A stretch of 64,000 nt of DNA from Octopus bimaculoides (GCF_001194135.2 NC_068981.1:57729092-57793091), one strand, 5' to 3'. Counted from the first letter of the stretch, positions 36,567-49,138 are shown. Made by a program: numbers and translations. Notes: generated from the sequence alone by a model not told the origin.

Positions 36567-37797
36567 ATCATCATCATCATCGTTTAACGTCCGCTTTCCA
36601 TGCTAGCATGAGTTGGACGATTTGACTGAGGACTAGTGAACCAGATGGCTACACCAGGCTCCAATCTGATTTGGCAGAGTTTCTACAGCTGGATGCCCTT
36701 CCTAATGCCAACCACTCCGAGAATGTAGTGGGTGCTTTTACGTGCCACTGGCACCGAAATGGTGTATTTTACATGCCACCTACACAAGGGCCAGTCCAGC
36801 GGTACTGGCAACGAACTCACTCGAATGTCTTTTCACGTGTCACTGGTACAAGGACCAGGAAGGCGACGGTGGTAACAGTCACGCTCAAATGATGCTATTT
36901 ACGTGCCACCGGCACGAAAGCCAGACAGCTGGTGCTCTGGCAACGATCACGCTCGGACGGTGCTCTTAGTGATTTACTGGTACTGGTGCCATCACGATTT
37001 CGCTTTCGCTTGCCCCAACAGGTCTTCGCAAGCCGAGTTTAGTGTTCAATGAAGACGTTGGCATGGGTGCCAGTCTACAAATTTAGTTCGGTTTCGATTT
37101 CACTTGCCTCAACAGGCCTTCACAAGTGGAGTTTAGTGTCCAAAGAAGGAATGTTACGCATAAGTGGGCTGGCTACGCCCCTNNNNNNNNNNNNNNNNNN
37201 NNNNNNNNNNNNNNNNNNNNNNNNNNNNNNNNNNNNNNNNNNNNNNNNNNNNNNNNNNNNNNNNNNNNNNNNNNNNNNNNNNNNNNNNNNNNNNNNNNNN
37301 NNNNNNNNNNNNNNNNNNNNNNNNNNNNNNNNNNNNNNNNNNNNNNNNNNNNNNNNNNNNNNNNNNNNNNNNNNNNNNNNNNNNNNNNNNNNNNNNNNNN
37401 NNNNNNNGGGCCTGCCTCTTCCACGGGTTCCCTCAACTGCTAGGGTGTGGCACTTTTTCACACAGCTATCCTCATCCATTCTCGCCACATATCCATACCA
37501 GCACAATCGTCTCTCTTGCACACCACAACTAATGCTTCTTAGGTTCAACTTTTCTCTCAAGGTACTTACACTCTGTCGGGTATGCACACTGACATTACTC
37601 ATCCATCGGAACATACTGGCTTCATTCCTTGCAAGCTTACGCATGTCCTCAGCAGTCAAGGCCCATGTTTCACTGCCATGTAGCATGGCTGTTCATACAC
37701 ATGCGTCATACAGTCTGCCTTTTACTCTGAGCGAGAGGCCCTTTATCACCAGTAGAGGTAAGAGCTCTCTGAAACTTTGCCCAGGCTATTCTTATGT
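36564..37797 (-). mobile_element. Relatively young RTE LINE 3' end (ORF end + 3'UTR + tail), spanning a gap
   Basis: ORF 37120..37686 reads 'MLHGSETWALTAEDMRKLARNEASMFRWM...GRGRP'. CpG-rich 3'UTR with tandem units and a (CAT)n tail at 36564-36580. Confidence 0.9.
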
Positions 37798-38605
37798 ATA
37801 TTGAATTAGAGGGAATCACCCATATTATGCACACCACCAACAAAATTGAGAAAGTCACTGCTCGATACAATATGTCTTAAAAACTTATTATATTACTATA
37901 TTCCATAACATAGTATATTACCAATGTGAGACTGCACTGTTTTAGTAACTTCGCCTCAGCTATGTTATGGATATTTATCATGTTCAACATCACTACATTT
38001 TATTTCTTGATCACTTTTAGTTTTGCTGAGTAGAATATACTTTGCTAATGAGGTAAAATGAGTTTGAAACATGTCTATTGCTTATACCAGCTAGCTTTGA
38101 AGACTAGATCCACTCAAATCTGTATTATTAATATTGTCACAAAAATATCAATCAAAACTACAACTGGTAGTAATTTCTAAATTAGTAGTAAAATAAATTT
38201 CTTATATTAGTATAAGACACTATATTTCAAGAAAAAAGGAAATGAGACTGTGTTATGACCAAGCTTCTCTTGTGGACATTAAATTCATAGATGATCAGAA
38301 ATGATTTCAACAATAACAAGCAGATTACTGACTTAAGCTACTAGGAATATATGCATAGTCTAATGTATCTGCCATACATCAAAAAGATACTGATCACTTT
38401 CAAAAGACACCAGAAAATTTATCACAAGTGAAGATATATAAGTTACTTGAAACAAGCTCAACACACTTCTAATATAATAAATGAGAAAACTAATTTCTGT
38501 GTGTCAGTGTGTCACACTTTGACCCCTTCTCTTACTATTCAATGACACTTCATCATGCTGGGGTGAGAGTAATAGCGGGCATAGAGATGGTGAGGGTGGT
38601 GGTGA

Positions 38606-38642
<37 letters not shown>

Positions 38643-39092
38643 AAGAATAAGAGAGGGAGAGAAAGAGAGACAGAGAAATTTAAGAAGATTTGATGATGTT
38701 TCATTAAAAGTAGTAGTGTTGATGGTGGCAATAGGAGAGAGAGAGTGGGTATGTGAGAGAAAGAGGGAGATGATGTACAACTTTCCTGAACAGCAATTCC
38801 TGTGGCCAGCATAATGACCCAACTACTAAACACTATCATTTTCCTTTTATTTTTAGCTTTAATACATACATACATATATATATATCACCCACTACACTCT
38901 CGGAGTGGTTGACGTTAGGAAGGGCATCCAGCTGTAGAAACTCTGCCAAATCAGATTGGAGCCTGGTGTAGCCATCTGGTTCACCAGTCCTCAGTCAAAT
39001 CGTCCAACCCATGCTAGCATGGGAAGTGGACATTAAACGATGATGATGATGATGATTTTAATTAAAATACAGTTTCCCTAAAATTAAACATA

Positions 39093-39410
39093 TCTAATAT
39101 AATAAATGAACGTCAGTGTGTCACACTTTTCAACTTTACTCCTAGAGGCCGTAGCCCAACTTATACCATTTTGGAATCAGGCTGACTCTTTGAGTAAATA
39201 AAAAACATTCCAGACCGAATCCAGACCTGCAATCCTGAAATTTTGGATTCCTACGTTTTCGTTACTGTGACTGTTTTCAACGATATTTTTTTACATGATT
39301 TTTAGCGATGAATATGATCATCTTTGGAATATGACTCTGGAGGAAGCAATTGTAACAAATTCTCCAAAACAAGTCTGAGATCTGTTTGCAAATCTTCCCA
39401 TTTGGGATTA
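39093..39410 (+). mobile_element. Non-autonomous Helitron with Rep/helicase remnant
   Basis: A|TCTAATATAATAAATG 5' end. Internal 'DEYDHLWNMTLEEAIVTNSPKQV*DLFANL' resembles the Helitron 'W..TLEEA....SP..LR.LFA' segment. A related 5' end lies at about 38469. Confidence 0.6.
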
Positions 39411-40328
39411 GTTACTTAGCTTAAAAGCCATCCAATAGGGCAGCTTTTAAGCTTGTCCTGTATACATTTCAAAGCCCTACTTCCACCTCCAAAAGTCTGA
39501 ATGGCTAAGTTTATCCACAAATACTTACAGAATCAAAAACTGAAAATTTTTTTGCGTATCATTTATTTATTAATGAGCACAGAATAGTAGAGAACCTATA
39601 GTGAACTCAGTCTGTGACTCAGATTCAAGTACACAATTATAGTTTTATATTTATTGGGGCACAGAGATTTCAAATCCGATTCCTACCCACTCCCATTCAT
39701 AGGTACCTCTGATCACATGAAGTCATGCAATTGGCTATTATGCAATTAGTATTATTTGATAAATTTTGTGTCTCTCAAGCTTTCATTGCACTATTTTGTC
39801 ATTCAAAACTGCAAAACGATACACAAAGGAGAACATTAAATGAAATTTAATCACTCAAATTCAAGGAAAATTAGTGCTGGTCTACATTGATAAGGTTGTT
39901 GCTTGTATCTTTAAAAATGAATATCTAATGTCTCATTTTACATTCCCTAAATGAGCTAATGAGGAAGCCTCTGTGTAACTATCTGACCTGCTTGAAATAG
40001 CACTTTCATATCATACTCTACTTGCCTTGAAGAAAGAAAGGAAGTACATAGTGGATAATGTAGTCCTAAAAATGTAATGCCTAAGAAAAAGGTAGGATGG
40101 TCATGACAAATGTTTGACTATACATATGCTTGATTAGTTTGATATAACAACAACTGAAGATCACAATGGATAATGCAATCTTAGACACAGTATGTCTGAG
40201 AAAAAAATGTGGTAGTCACAGATGGAATGGTTTAAATTACACGATAGTTCTCACGGGGCCACACAACAACTGATATACCTCACTTTAGCTTTTTACTAAT
40301 GTTATAATTTGAATACAAATTACATTCA

Positions 40329-40827
40329 TTAACCCTTTTGCTTCCACATTTCTGTTAAAATACACTGTCTTTATCTCAGTTAATTTTGAAAATATCAAAG
40401 ATTTTAAAAATAACTTTGTTAGTCATTATTAAGCTAGCAGAAATTAACAAGGAACTTTGATAGATGGTTTTAATTTCATCATCATCATCATTTAGAGTCT
40501 GCTTTCCATGTTGGCATGGGTTAGATGGTTTGACTGAAACTGGTAAGCTGGAGGGCTGCACCAGATTTCAATCTGATTTGGCATGGTTTTGAGGGCTGAA
40601 TGCCCTTCCTAACATCAACCACTCAGAGTGTAATGGATGCTATTTATGTGCCACCAGCACATGTGCCAGTTACGTGACACCAGCATCGGTCAGAACTACG
40701 ATTTCACTTGGCTTTGCAAGTCTTCTCAAGCACTGCATATTGCCAAAATCTTGGATAACTTTAAAATAGAAAATTAATATCAGAGAACCATAGGTAGTCT
40801 CAGGTGGATTAGGATCAAAAGGGTTAA
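40329..40827. mobile_element. TTAA-flanked MITE (piggyBac-type, family 2) interrupted by an RTE/SINE tail
   Basis: TTAA|CCCTTTTG ... CAAAAGGG|TTAA termini, with a (CAT)n-tailed insert at about 40477-40750. A partial reverse copy lies at 42561-42760. Confidence 0.7.
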
Positions 40828-41359
40828 CATATTTTTTTTCATTTCTGTTTCACAAGCTCCATTAACTTATCCATTCAAAAAAGAACTAAAGACCAAGAAA
40901 GATAGCAATAACCATTATTTCATTTGCTCTATATATACAAATATATTTGTTCATTTAATGTCAAACCTATGCCTGCATGGATTTGAGTGATCAATAATAA
41001 TATCAACAAGGATTGTAAGCATCCTTCATGCATATTCACACACACACACACAGATTTCCATCAACTTCCATGTGTGTGTGCTTATATCCTCTTGTCTTCA
41101 CATCATGCTATATTTGTAAATGAGCATCATCGTCATACAAGCAGTGTCACTCAATTCCAATCTTCTGTAAAGATGTCAAGCCATAGGGAAATATTACTTT
41201 GCTTGGAAACAGGTGAAGGTTGGTGACTGGAAAGGCATTCACCCATAGTGATCAAATCTTTAAATGATTACATGGCAAAAATTAAGCAATTGCCTAATGC
41301 ACATAACCTTGCAGACAAAACAAAGAACATTTATGAAACAAGCATTCCCACAAATGCAA

Positions 41360-41810
41360 GAATCTTCACAAATATGATTACCAAGACATACAAAAAACTT
41401 GCACCACCACATTCAATGACATAAAGATAGAGGCAAAAAAGTTAGCTATCCACCTTGATGTAGAGGATCGTGTGAACAGCTGCTCACCCCCATTTACACT
41501 TAAGGACCATAAACTTAATTTCCTCTCCAACCCTAAATGCAGGCTGATCAACCCCTCTAAAAGTGAGATAGGTATTGTTAGTAAACGCATTTTTGATACT
41601 ATCAACTTGGACATTAGAAGAGCTACAGAGTTGATTCAATGGGATTCCAGTGCAACTGTGATTGACTGGTTCTGCAGTATCAAGAATAAATCAGCCTGCA
41701 GATTCACAGTTTGACATCATAGACTTTTACTTTTCTATATTGAAACCCCTCCTGAGGGGTATAAGTGATCTCAATGTCAGTATCATTATGAACACCAGAA
41801 AGTAAATCTT
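41360..41810 (+). mobile_element. Penelope-like element RT fragment
   Basis: ORF 41472..41714 reads 'PFTLKDHKLNFLSNPKCRLINPSKSEIGIVSKRIFDTIN...QW..SATVIDWF'. Confidence 0.85.
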
Positions 41811-42150
41811 AGTTCATGACAATTCCCTCTGGGTGAAGAAAGAGGACCATCCACCCACTATCAGAACTAGAGAAGAAATTTCAGGTATGGAAGCACAGAC
41901 TGGAATCAAAGGGCCTAGAGTTAATTTAACAAAGATAAAAGTATTGATAAGTAGGAAAACGAACAAATCGAAGATCCCTTCAAGATGCCTTTGCTCAATA
42001 TGTAGAAATGGTGCCAGGAGAAACTCCATAAGGTACTAGATATGGACACATAGGAGGTGCAGCAGTATCACTGGAAGACTAACAAAGAAAGTAGTTTTTA
42101 CATGTGACAGATGCGTGGGTACATTATACACCAGTAACGTACAAAAATAG
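41810..42150 (+). mobile_element. RTE LINE fragment
   Basis: Reads 'GPRVNLTKIKVLISRK...CSICRNGARRNSI...WTHRRCSSITGRL'. Confidence 0.75.
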
Positions 42151-42164
42151 ATTCCCTCAAATGT

Positions 42165-42565
42165 CATGTTGATGTAAACCGTCTCTTTCAGGTATCCCCA
42201 CAAGAAAAAATTTGGGCTAGTCAAGTCTGGAGAACGTGAAGGCCAATTGACATTGCTGTAGCAGATTATTCTCTCTCCAAGGCACTGCCATAGCGACTGC
42301 ATTGTTTCTCTTGCAGTACGAGCAGTTGCTCCATCTTGCTGGAACCATGTGTGAGGTCTGCTTTGAATGACCTTCATGTTCCCCAGACTTGACTAGCCTG
42401 GATTTTTTCTTGTGGGGATACCTGGAAGAATAACAAACTGGAGACCCTAGTGGAGAACATCAATAGAGAAATCAGAGAAGTGGGGTGTGAAACTCTTGAG
42501 AGTGTTATAGTACAAGTTTTGGAAAGAGCACAGGTGTGTGAAGCTGAAAATGGCTGCCATTTAAC
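42165..42565. mobile_element. Tc1/mariner-superfamily (DD41D rosa/Visitor-like) transposase fragments in inverted arrangement
   Basis: Minus strand: 'WFQQDGATAR...WPSRSPDLTSPNFFLWGYLKE', 40 residues between the catalytic positions. Plus strand from about 42378: 'SPDLTSLDFFLWGYLEE'. Confidence 0.7.
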
Positions 42566-43134
42566 CCTTTTGTTACGAACCCGGCTGAAACTGGATCTGG
42601 CTTATGTCTTGTTTTCATAAGTTTTGAATAAAATCTTCCACCAAATCTTAGTCCCAATTTATGTTCCTAACACTCGCTGAATGATAACTAAGTTATTTTA
42701 CAAAATTCTTTGTTATATTTAAAGTAATTGAAAGAAACACAGAGCATCTCAAAATAAATACCCAATGTGTCATGCAGATATATATGACCACTTCCATCCT
42801 CTTTTTGTAACCATTCTCTCCCCAACTCTTGCAACCATTACTCCACTTCTTGATTCTTGTCACCACACATTCTCTTACATTCTTGGACATATTATCTTAA
42901 GTATATGCTTTGACCTGACCATCATTTTTTTCTTTCTGGCATCATTCTACCCACCCCAAACACCCATAAATAATGCTGGGTAGCCTTGGATCTCCACTTA
43001 CTCAACCCACACTGCCATCCTGCTTTTCACTCTTTAACTTTCACCAACTAAAGACCACTGAGATTTCTCTTCCTCTTTCCCTTTTATTACTCCTTTTCCT
43101 AACACAACAACAAACTTTCACCTTCCACCATACT

Positions 43135-43355
43135 TTAATCCTTTAACAGTCAGATTTCTGTAAATGTAATTCTTATTTATTCACATTGATAAAAATTAGC
43201 CATGCTAATGTAGCTCTGAGATTTCAATGATGTGATTGTTTATTTTTAGAATAATATTGTGGGGTAAGTGTGAGAGGCCAGATCTGACCAGTTTGAAGAT
43301 GAAACAGGTAGATTACTTTGACCAAATATGGCTGGTTAAAATGCTAAAGGGTTAA
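43135..43355 (+). mobile_element. piggyBac-type MITE family 1, copy A (~220 bp)
   Basis: TTAA flanks and GCTAAAGGG|TTAA right end; body shared with copies B-D. Confidence 0.8.
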
Positions 43356-43824
43356 ATTCTCAACACTTCATCTAGTGATCATCTCTTCTATTATTAACCC
43401 TTTCAATTGCAGAGGTGGGATGGTCTTTTTTATTCTTGTAAGTTACAAGGCAACCTCACTAGTAGTGGTGGCATGTAAGAAACACTCAGAATGCCCTACA
43501 AAGTAGCTGGCTTTAAGAAGAGCATCCAATGGTAGAAACCATGCCAAAACTGAAACATTGGAACAAGATGTTCTCTGATCTGTTGGACCCAGTCAAACTG
43601 TGCAATCCATACCAGACGAAAAAAAAGACATAAAATGATGATGATGATGATGATGGTGTGTGTGTGTCCACGCTCATATGCTTTCATCAACTAAATGGAA
43701 TTCACTGAGGCAGAATTTCTACAATCAGATTCTTTTCATTAGCCCACAACTGTTACCAAGCAAGATAATATTTCCCCTTAGCTAGACATGTTTTTCACAG
43801 AAAATAGACATTGCTTAGACAATC

Positions 43825-44705
43825 ATCATCATAAATTAACGTCTGTTTTCCATGCTGGCATGGGTTGCATGGTTTGACTGAGGTCTGGAGAGCCAGCGGC
43901 TGCACCAGGCGCCAATCTGGTCAGGCAGAGTTTCTACAGCTGGATGCCCTTCCTAATGCCAACCATGCCGAGAGTGTAGTGGGTGCTTTTTACATGCCAC
44001 CAGCACAGGAGCCAGTAAGGCAAACCTGGCAACAAATACATTCGGATGGTGCTTTTTCACATGCCACTGGCACAGGAGCCAGTCGGGGGTACTGGCATTG
44101 GTCACAATTGGTTGGTGCTTTTTACGTGCCACTGGCACAGGAGCCAGTCAGGTGGACCTGGCATCGACCACGTTCGGATGGTGCTTTTTACGTGCCATCA
44201 GCATAGGAACCAGTCAAAGAGCACTAGCTCCAGCTGCGATATTGGTTTTACTTGACTCAACAAGTCTTCTCAAGCATATCATATCACCAGACACATCAGG
44301 AGTGTTCTTCCCCTGGCATGTGATGGAATCTGTTTACGGTACATCTTCAGTGTTTATTGCCCTAGTCTATCTGCCTCACACAAAAACTATTTTCCCAGTT
44401 AACCTTCTTTTGATATTGCTGCACCTTTTATGTGTCCATAGCTTACACTGGGTACACTGTATGGAGTTTCTACCCACACCATTTCTACAGATTGAGCAGG
44501 GCCATCTACCTGAAGTGGGGGTTGTGATTTGACAGCCTTCATACTTACTAAGACTTTGGTTTTGGCTAGGTTAACCCTAAGGCCCTTCGATTCTAGACCT
44601 TGCTTCTCTACCCTAAACTTTGTCTCCTGTTCTGGCAGTGACTCAGCTATTAGAGCAAGGTCATTAGCATAGAGGAGCTCCCTACAACTATCACATGCTG
44701 AGACA
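43825..44705 (-). mobile_element. RTE LINE 3' end with tandem 3'UTR units and internal deletion
   Basis: Tail, four ~65-bp units, then an RT remnant 'ELLYANDLALIAESL...GLESKGLRVNLAKTKVLVS' (ORF 44399..44908). Confidence 0.85.
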
Positions 44706-45306
44706 AGGAGACACATGATCACACACTCAAAGACACACACACACAATGGATTTCTTTCAATTCGTTCACATGGTTTCAGCTGACCTGTGGCCATAATAGG
44801 AGACACTTGGAAAAAGTGTCTAGGTGCCACACCTAGAACAGGATGTGTGAGAAGCAAGCTTCCTATCTGTACAGTCACAGGTTTGACTACACTCACACAC
44901 ACACACACATATATATGTATTCAACTTCTAAAAATCATACTATTCACTTAAAAACATTTCCTTTCAGAAAACTACGAAAGAATACTTTACATAGGAAATC
45001 ATAAATAGAATATTTTCTTAATTCAATGACTTCTAACTGTAATTTATTTTGGACTGAAAGGTCATGACATTTGTAGGTTATCTTTCTCGCTCTATCTATC
45101 TCAATCCAGCATATATTGATAAGCTGTTTTCCTTTCAGAGTTAAACTAAATGCAGTGTAAATATTAACATACAAAAGATCTTATTAATACTGTATAGTTT
45201 TCTTTGAAGTAACATTACGTACCTTTCCTTAACAAACATTATCTTCAAGCTACAGTTCATTATAATGTTGTTGAAAGATCTATAAGAAATAGCAGCCAAA
45301 TTTCCC

Positions 45307-45532
45307 TTAACCATTTAGTGTTCAGATTATTCTATCAAACGCAATGCTTATTTATTCACATTATTTTGAATCAATCATGCATTATCTCATATCTCTGAGA
45401 TTTCAATGGTGTGATTGTTTAATGTAGAATAACATTGTAGGGTAGGTATGAGTCTGGATTTGGTCAGTTTCAACATAGAAACAAGTGGAATATTTTGGCC
45501 AGATATGGCCAGTTTAAATGCCAAAGGGTTAA
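45307..45532 (+). mobile_element. piggyBac-type MITE family 1, copy B
   Basis: TTAA|CCATTTAG ... CCAAAGGG|TTAA termini. Confidence 0.8.
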
Positions 45533-46620
45533 TCCACATGCCTCGATTATCAAAAAGGTGAACCCTCATACTACCTTGGATACTATAACTTTAGATACAA
45601 GAATAGCTTAAGAAAAATAAGATGATTATAGTTGGATGCTTTCAGTCATAGACCTGCATATTCAATCCCACCTAGGGCAAATAATTTTTTCTAAGGACAG
45701 AGGAAGGGTGAAAATCTGTCTAGAAATGGCGTTTTTTTATCAATGAAAATACTTCAACAATGGGAATTTCGAAAACAATTTTCTCTTTATGTTGCATGTC
45801 TCGTCTCTCTGTTTTTTTTCATTGTTCAAAAAAAAGTTTGTTTTCTGTTTTCATTTCTCATTGTGTTAAACGTTTTTTTGTGATGTCCTGTACCCATATA
45901 TGCATGTATGTATACATATAGACGTAGGTATGTACATATATGTATAGATATATGCATATATAATTTCACACTTGTAAACAAATAGATTTGAATTCAGTCT
46001 TATTGGATATGTGAATCCTAATACACCTAACAAATTACTCAGGAGATTCTTAGTCAAAAAACTGAATTTTTATAATTTTATTATGGCCGAGAAATGAAAC
46101 ATTTGTATGCGATTTATATTTAATATTTATTATATTGTATTATTATAATAATAATAATAATACTCATAACCACCACCATCATCGTTTAACATCCGTTTTC
46201 CATGTTGGCAGTGTTTCTACAGCTGGATGCCCTTCCTGACACCAACCACTCCAAGAGTGTAGTGGGTGCTTTTTACATACCACCAGCACAGGGGCCAGAG
46301 GAGCTGGCATTGACTATGATTGGATGGTACTTTTTATGTGCCACCGGCACAGAAGCCAGTCAAAGCGGCACAGGCATCGGCCACGTTCAGATGGTGCTTT
46401 TTACATGCTTCCGGCACGGGGCTCACAACTACAATTTCCATTTGATTTGATTTTGATATTGCTGATGTTGATGTATTTGACTCAATAGGTCTCGTCAAGC
46501 ACGGCATGTCGCCCTAGGATCCAAAGTACTTTTGAGTGGGTTGGTTATGCGACACTGGTGTAGGTTACAGCTGTGGACTCATTTTATTTGCCGGGTCTTC
46601 TCAGTTACAGCATACCTCCA

Positions 46621-47358
46621 CTGCTGTTTGACCCTAACTGGAGCTCTTGGCAGGTATTATAATCCCTGGTCACAGCCAACCTGGGGATCGAGACAACAGG
46701 CAACTAAGAAGTAACTTCATATTCTTCAAAACACACTCCTCTTTATCGGGTCCTATTATGCTAATAAATTTTGAATTTTAACTTTTGAATTGCCAATTGT
46801 TATACATCACCATTTTCTATTACTTTTATAATTTAATATTTACCCATGTAATTTGCAAAGCTTTTTTCTCTGCAAAATTGGGTATTTGACTGTGGAGCCA
46901 GTGAAAAATTGGATTTTTTTCATCCCCATATATATATATATATATACACATACACACACACACACATACACATCATCGATTCATATCATGCATCCTTACT
47001 TGGGGAACTGCTCCCTACACACATAGACCAATCCCCTGGTGCACCCTATCTTTTTGGCTCTCTTGCAAACAAACATTCTCATATCTTTCTTCTGCATTGA
47101 TAGTTACATATATTCAAGTTAGAAAATGTCTAAACTCTTCAACAGGAAAAATCTGTTGGTATATGTAAAAGAAATAAGGTTTACATAAGTTATTCCCATG
47201 CATGCCCTGGGCAAGACAAAAATCTGAATCTGATAAAGAGGAGTGTGTTTTGAAGAATATGAAGTTACTTCTTAGTTGCCAGTTACCACGATTCCCAGGT
47301 TGGCTCTGGCCAGGGATTATAATACCTGCCAAGAGCTCCAGTTAAGGTCAAACAGCAG
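46621..47358. mobile_element. Non-coding element with ~127-bp terminal inverted repeats
   Basis: 46621-46747 (ctgctgtttgaccctaactggagctc...ctcctctttatc) is the reverse complement of 47232-47358. The ~480-bp spacer is AT-rich with (TA)n/(CA)n. No clear target-site duplication. Confidence 0.75.
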
Positions 47359-48648
47359 ATGGGCCAGTGGCTAAAGCCTTGGAAAAGGGCTGGCCCTTAG
47401 GTATTTGTCATATAGGCCCACCACTGTGTAGACATGCCCTAATATAACAAGCATCCTTGCTTAAGGTCCAAATAGGTCCTATGCCTAAAGCTTAAGCTTG
47501 GAAGAGTAGGAGACTAGCAAAGTCAACTGTAAATTAACCAGTAAAAATTGACAGAAAACCACTATTGCATCTTTCCCAAGAAAAATCCTGGATCTTCAGA
47601 CTTTGGCATGGTGGCCAATCAAGAACATCTGAAGGTATGGTACATGAAGAAAGAGATTGCATACAAGCACATGTTGGACGGCAATAGCCTTTCACATCTC
47701 TTAACACAAGTTGGACTTCTAATGCTCGTTGTTAGTATTAACTTGCAACAATAGTAACACTTTCCATGTCTAAATATTAAGCATTTAAAAACTGTTGAAA
47801 ACACCAAATTTTCTTCAGCACATTTGAACTAATATGATTTCTAAGGTTATTAATGTTAAAGTCTTTCTTGAGCGTCAGGGAGTAGGTTGTCTGTTTTACC
47901 ACTGTTAATGTAAGACAACTGTTCAAAGGTATCTTAATACCAAAATAGTATGTGTATTTTTTTTGTTTGCTTGTTTTTTGTATATCTTTTAGTCAGAACA
48001 GAAGAGAAGTACCTATCACCCTTTGCACAGTCTCTGACAAAGAAAGGTATCTTCAAACCAGAGACCTGATCCAAATGCTTGCAATAAACTGGATGCTACT
48101 ATAGGCACCCAAGGGACAACTGATGGTGTTAAACTAGGCAATGGATTGTCTAACACCCAAGTAGGTCACAGAGAGTTTTAAACTCAGAATGCAAAGAACG
48201 AGAACAAACACAGCTTGGCATCTCTCATGCTGTTTCTGCCAGTCCACATTCCAGAAAAATGGACAAAGTTGATTTTGCTGGGAATTGAACTCAGAATAAA
48301 AAGTGCCAGAATAAACATGGAGCTTGCAAATGTTATAGAAAAAATATGATGAGAGCAACATCAATGAAGGTAAATTTTGCTTTGAGAGCATGTATTTCAA
48401 ATAGAACATTATGTGACTGATCTCAAGCAGGAATAGCAAACTCTCTGTTAGATAACTATCTTAAATTTCATTCTGTTATATCTTCATCATCTTATTTATG
48501 TTCACTGGACATTCTATTTGACTGGCAGCAGGAGTAACCAGTTTGACATTAATTTTAAAATGTTTGTATTCAAATATTCATAAACAGTGACTTGTGTTAG
48601 TACAGAACAAAAGATGAAGCTAGAAAATGATTTTCCTTGAGTAATTAC

Positions 48649-48801
48649 CATAAATGGAGTTTGGTGTCCAAGAGCGAGAAGACGCAACCCTAGTCCATGG
48701 AGAATATTTATCATTCCAGATACACCAGCATATTTTCCAAAGGCAACCAACCTTTGACCTTTACTGTCTAGTATTCTTTCATAATCAATGAGACGAATAT
48801 T
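48649..48801 (-). CDS. AASS: AASS coding exon 3 (153 nt)
   Basis: Reads [51 protein letters not shown]. Acceptor tttaatttctag, donor GTAATT, phase 0/0. Confidence 0.97.
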
Positions 48802-49138
48802 CTAGAAATTAAAAAGAAAATGGAAATTTATCTAAAAGAAATAATTAAAAGTATAATATAAAATAATAGAGACATCCCTATGACTTTATGGGTTACTGGT
48901 CTTTCTTTAAAACTGTAATCCCTTGCAAGTAGAAAAAGCTTTATTTTAGAGAAAGATGAATGGTTTAACCAATTGATAGAAGCACTTTTATGAGCAATAA
49001 GAATTATATTTACAGATGGAATTATATTTACAATGGAGACAAATGATGAATTAATTCTGCTTTTATATGAAATGATAATTAATTCATTTGCTTCAAATAG
49101 AAGGTAATGTTTTTTCAATTTGGGGAGTAAATAATTAT

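Noticed and set aside
36720-36990. Regularly spaced repeats superficially like a CRISPR array
   Set aside because: Whole ~65-bp units are repeated with no unique spacers, the context is a eukaryotic LINE 3'UTR, and there are no cas genes.
47548-47754. Plus-strand ORF / exon-like segment with AG and GTATGG borders
   Set aside because: No recognisable peptide in any frame and no chain of compatible exons on the plus strand.
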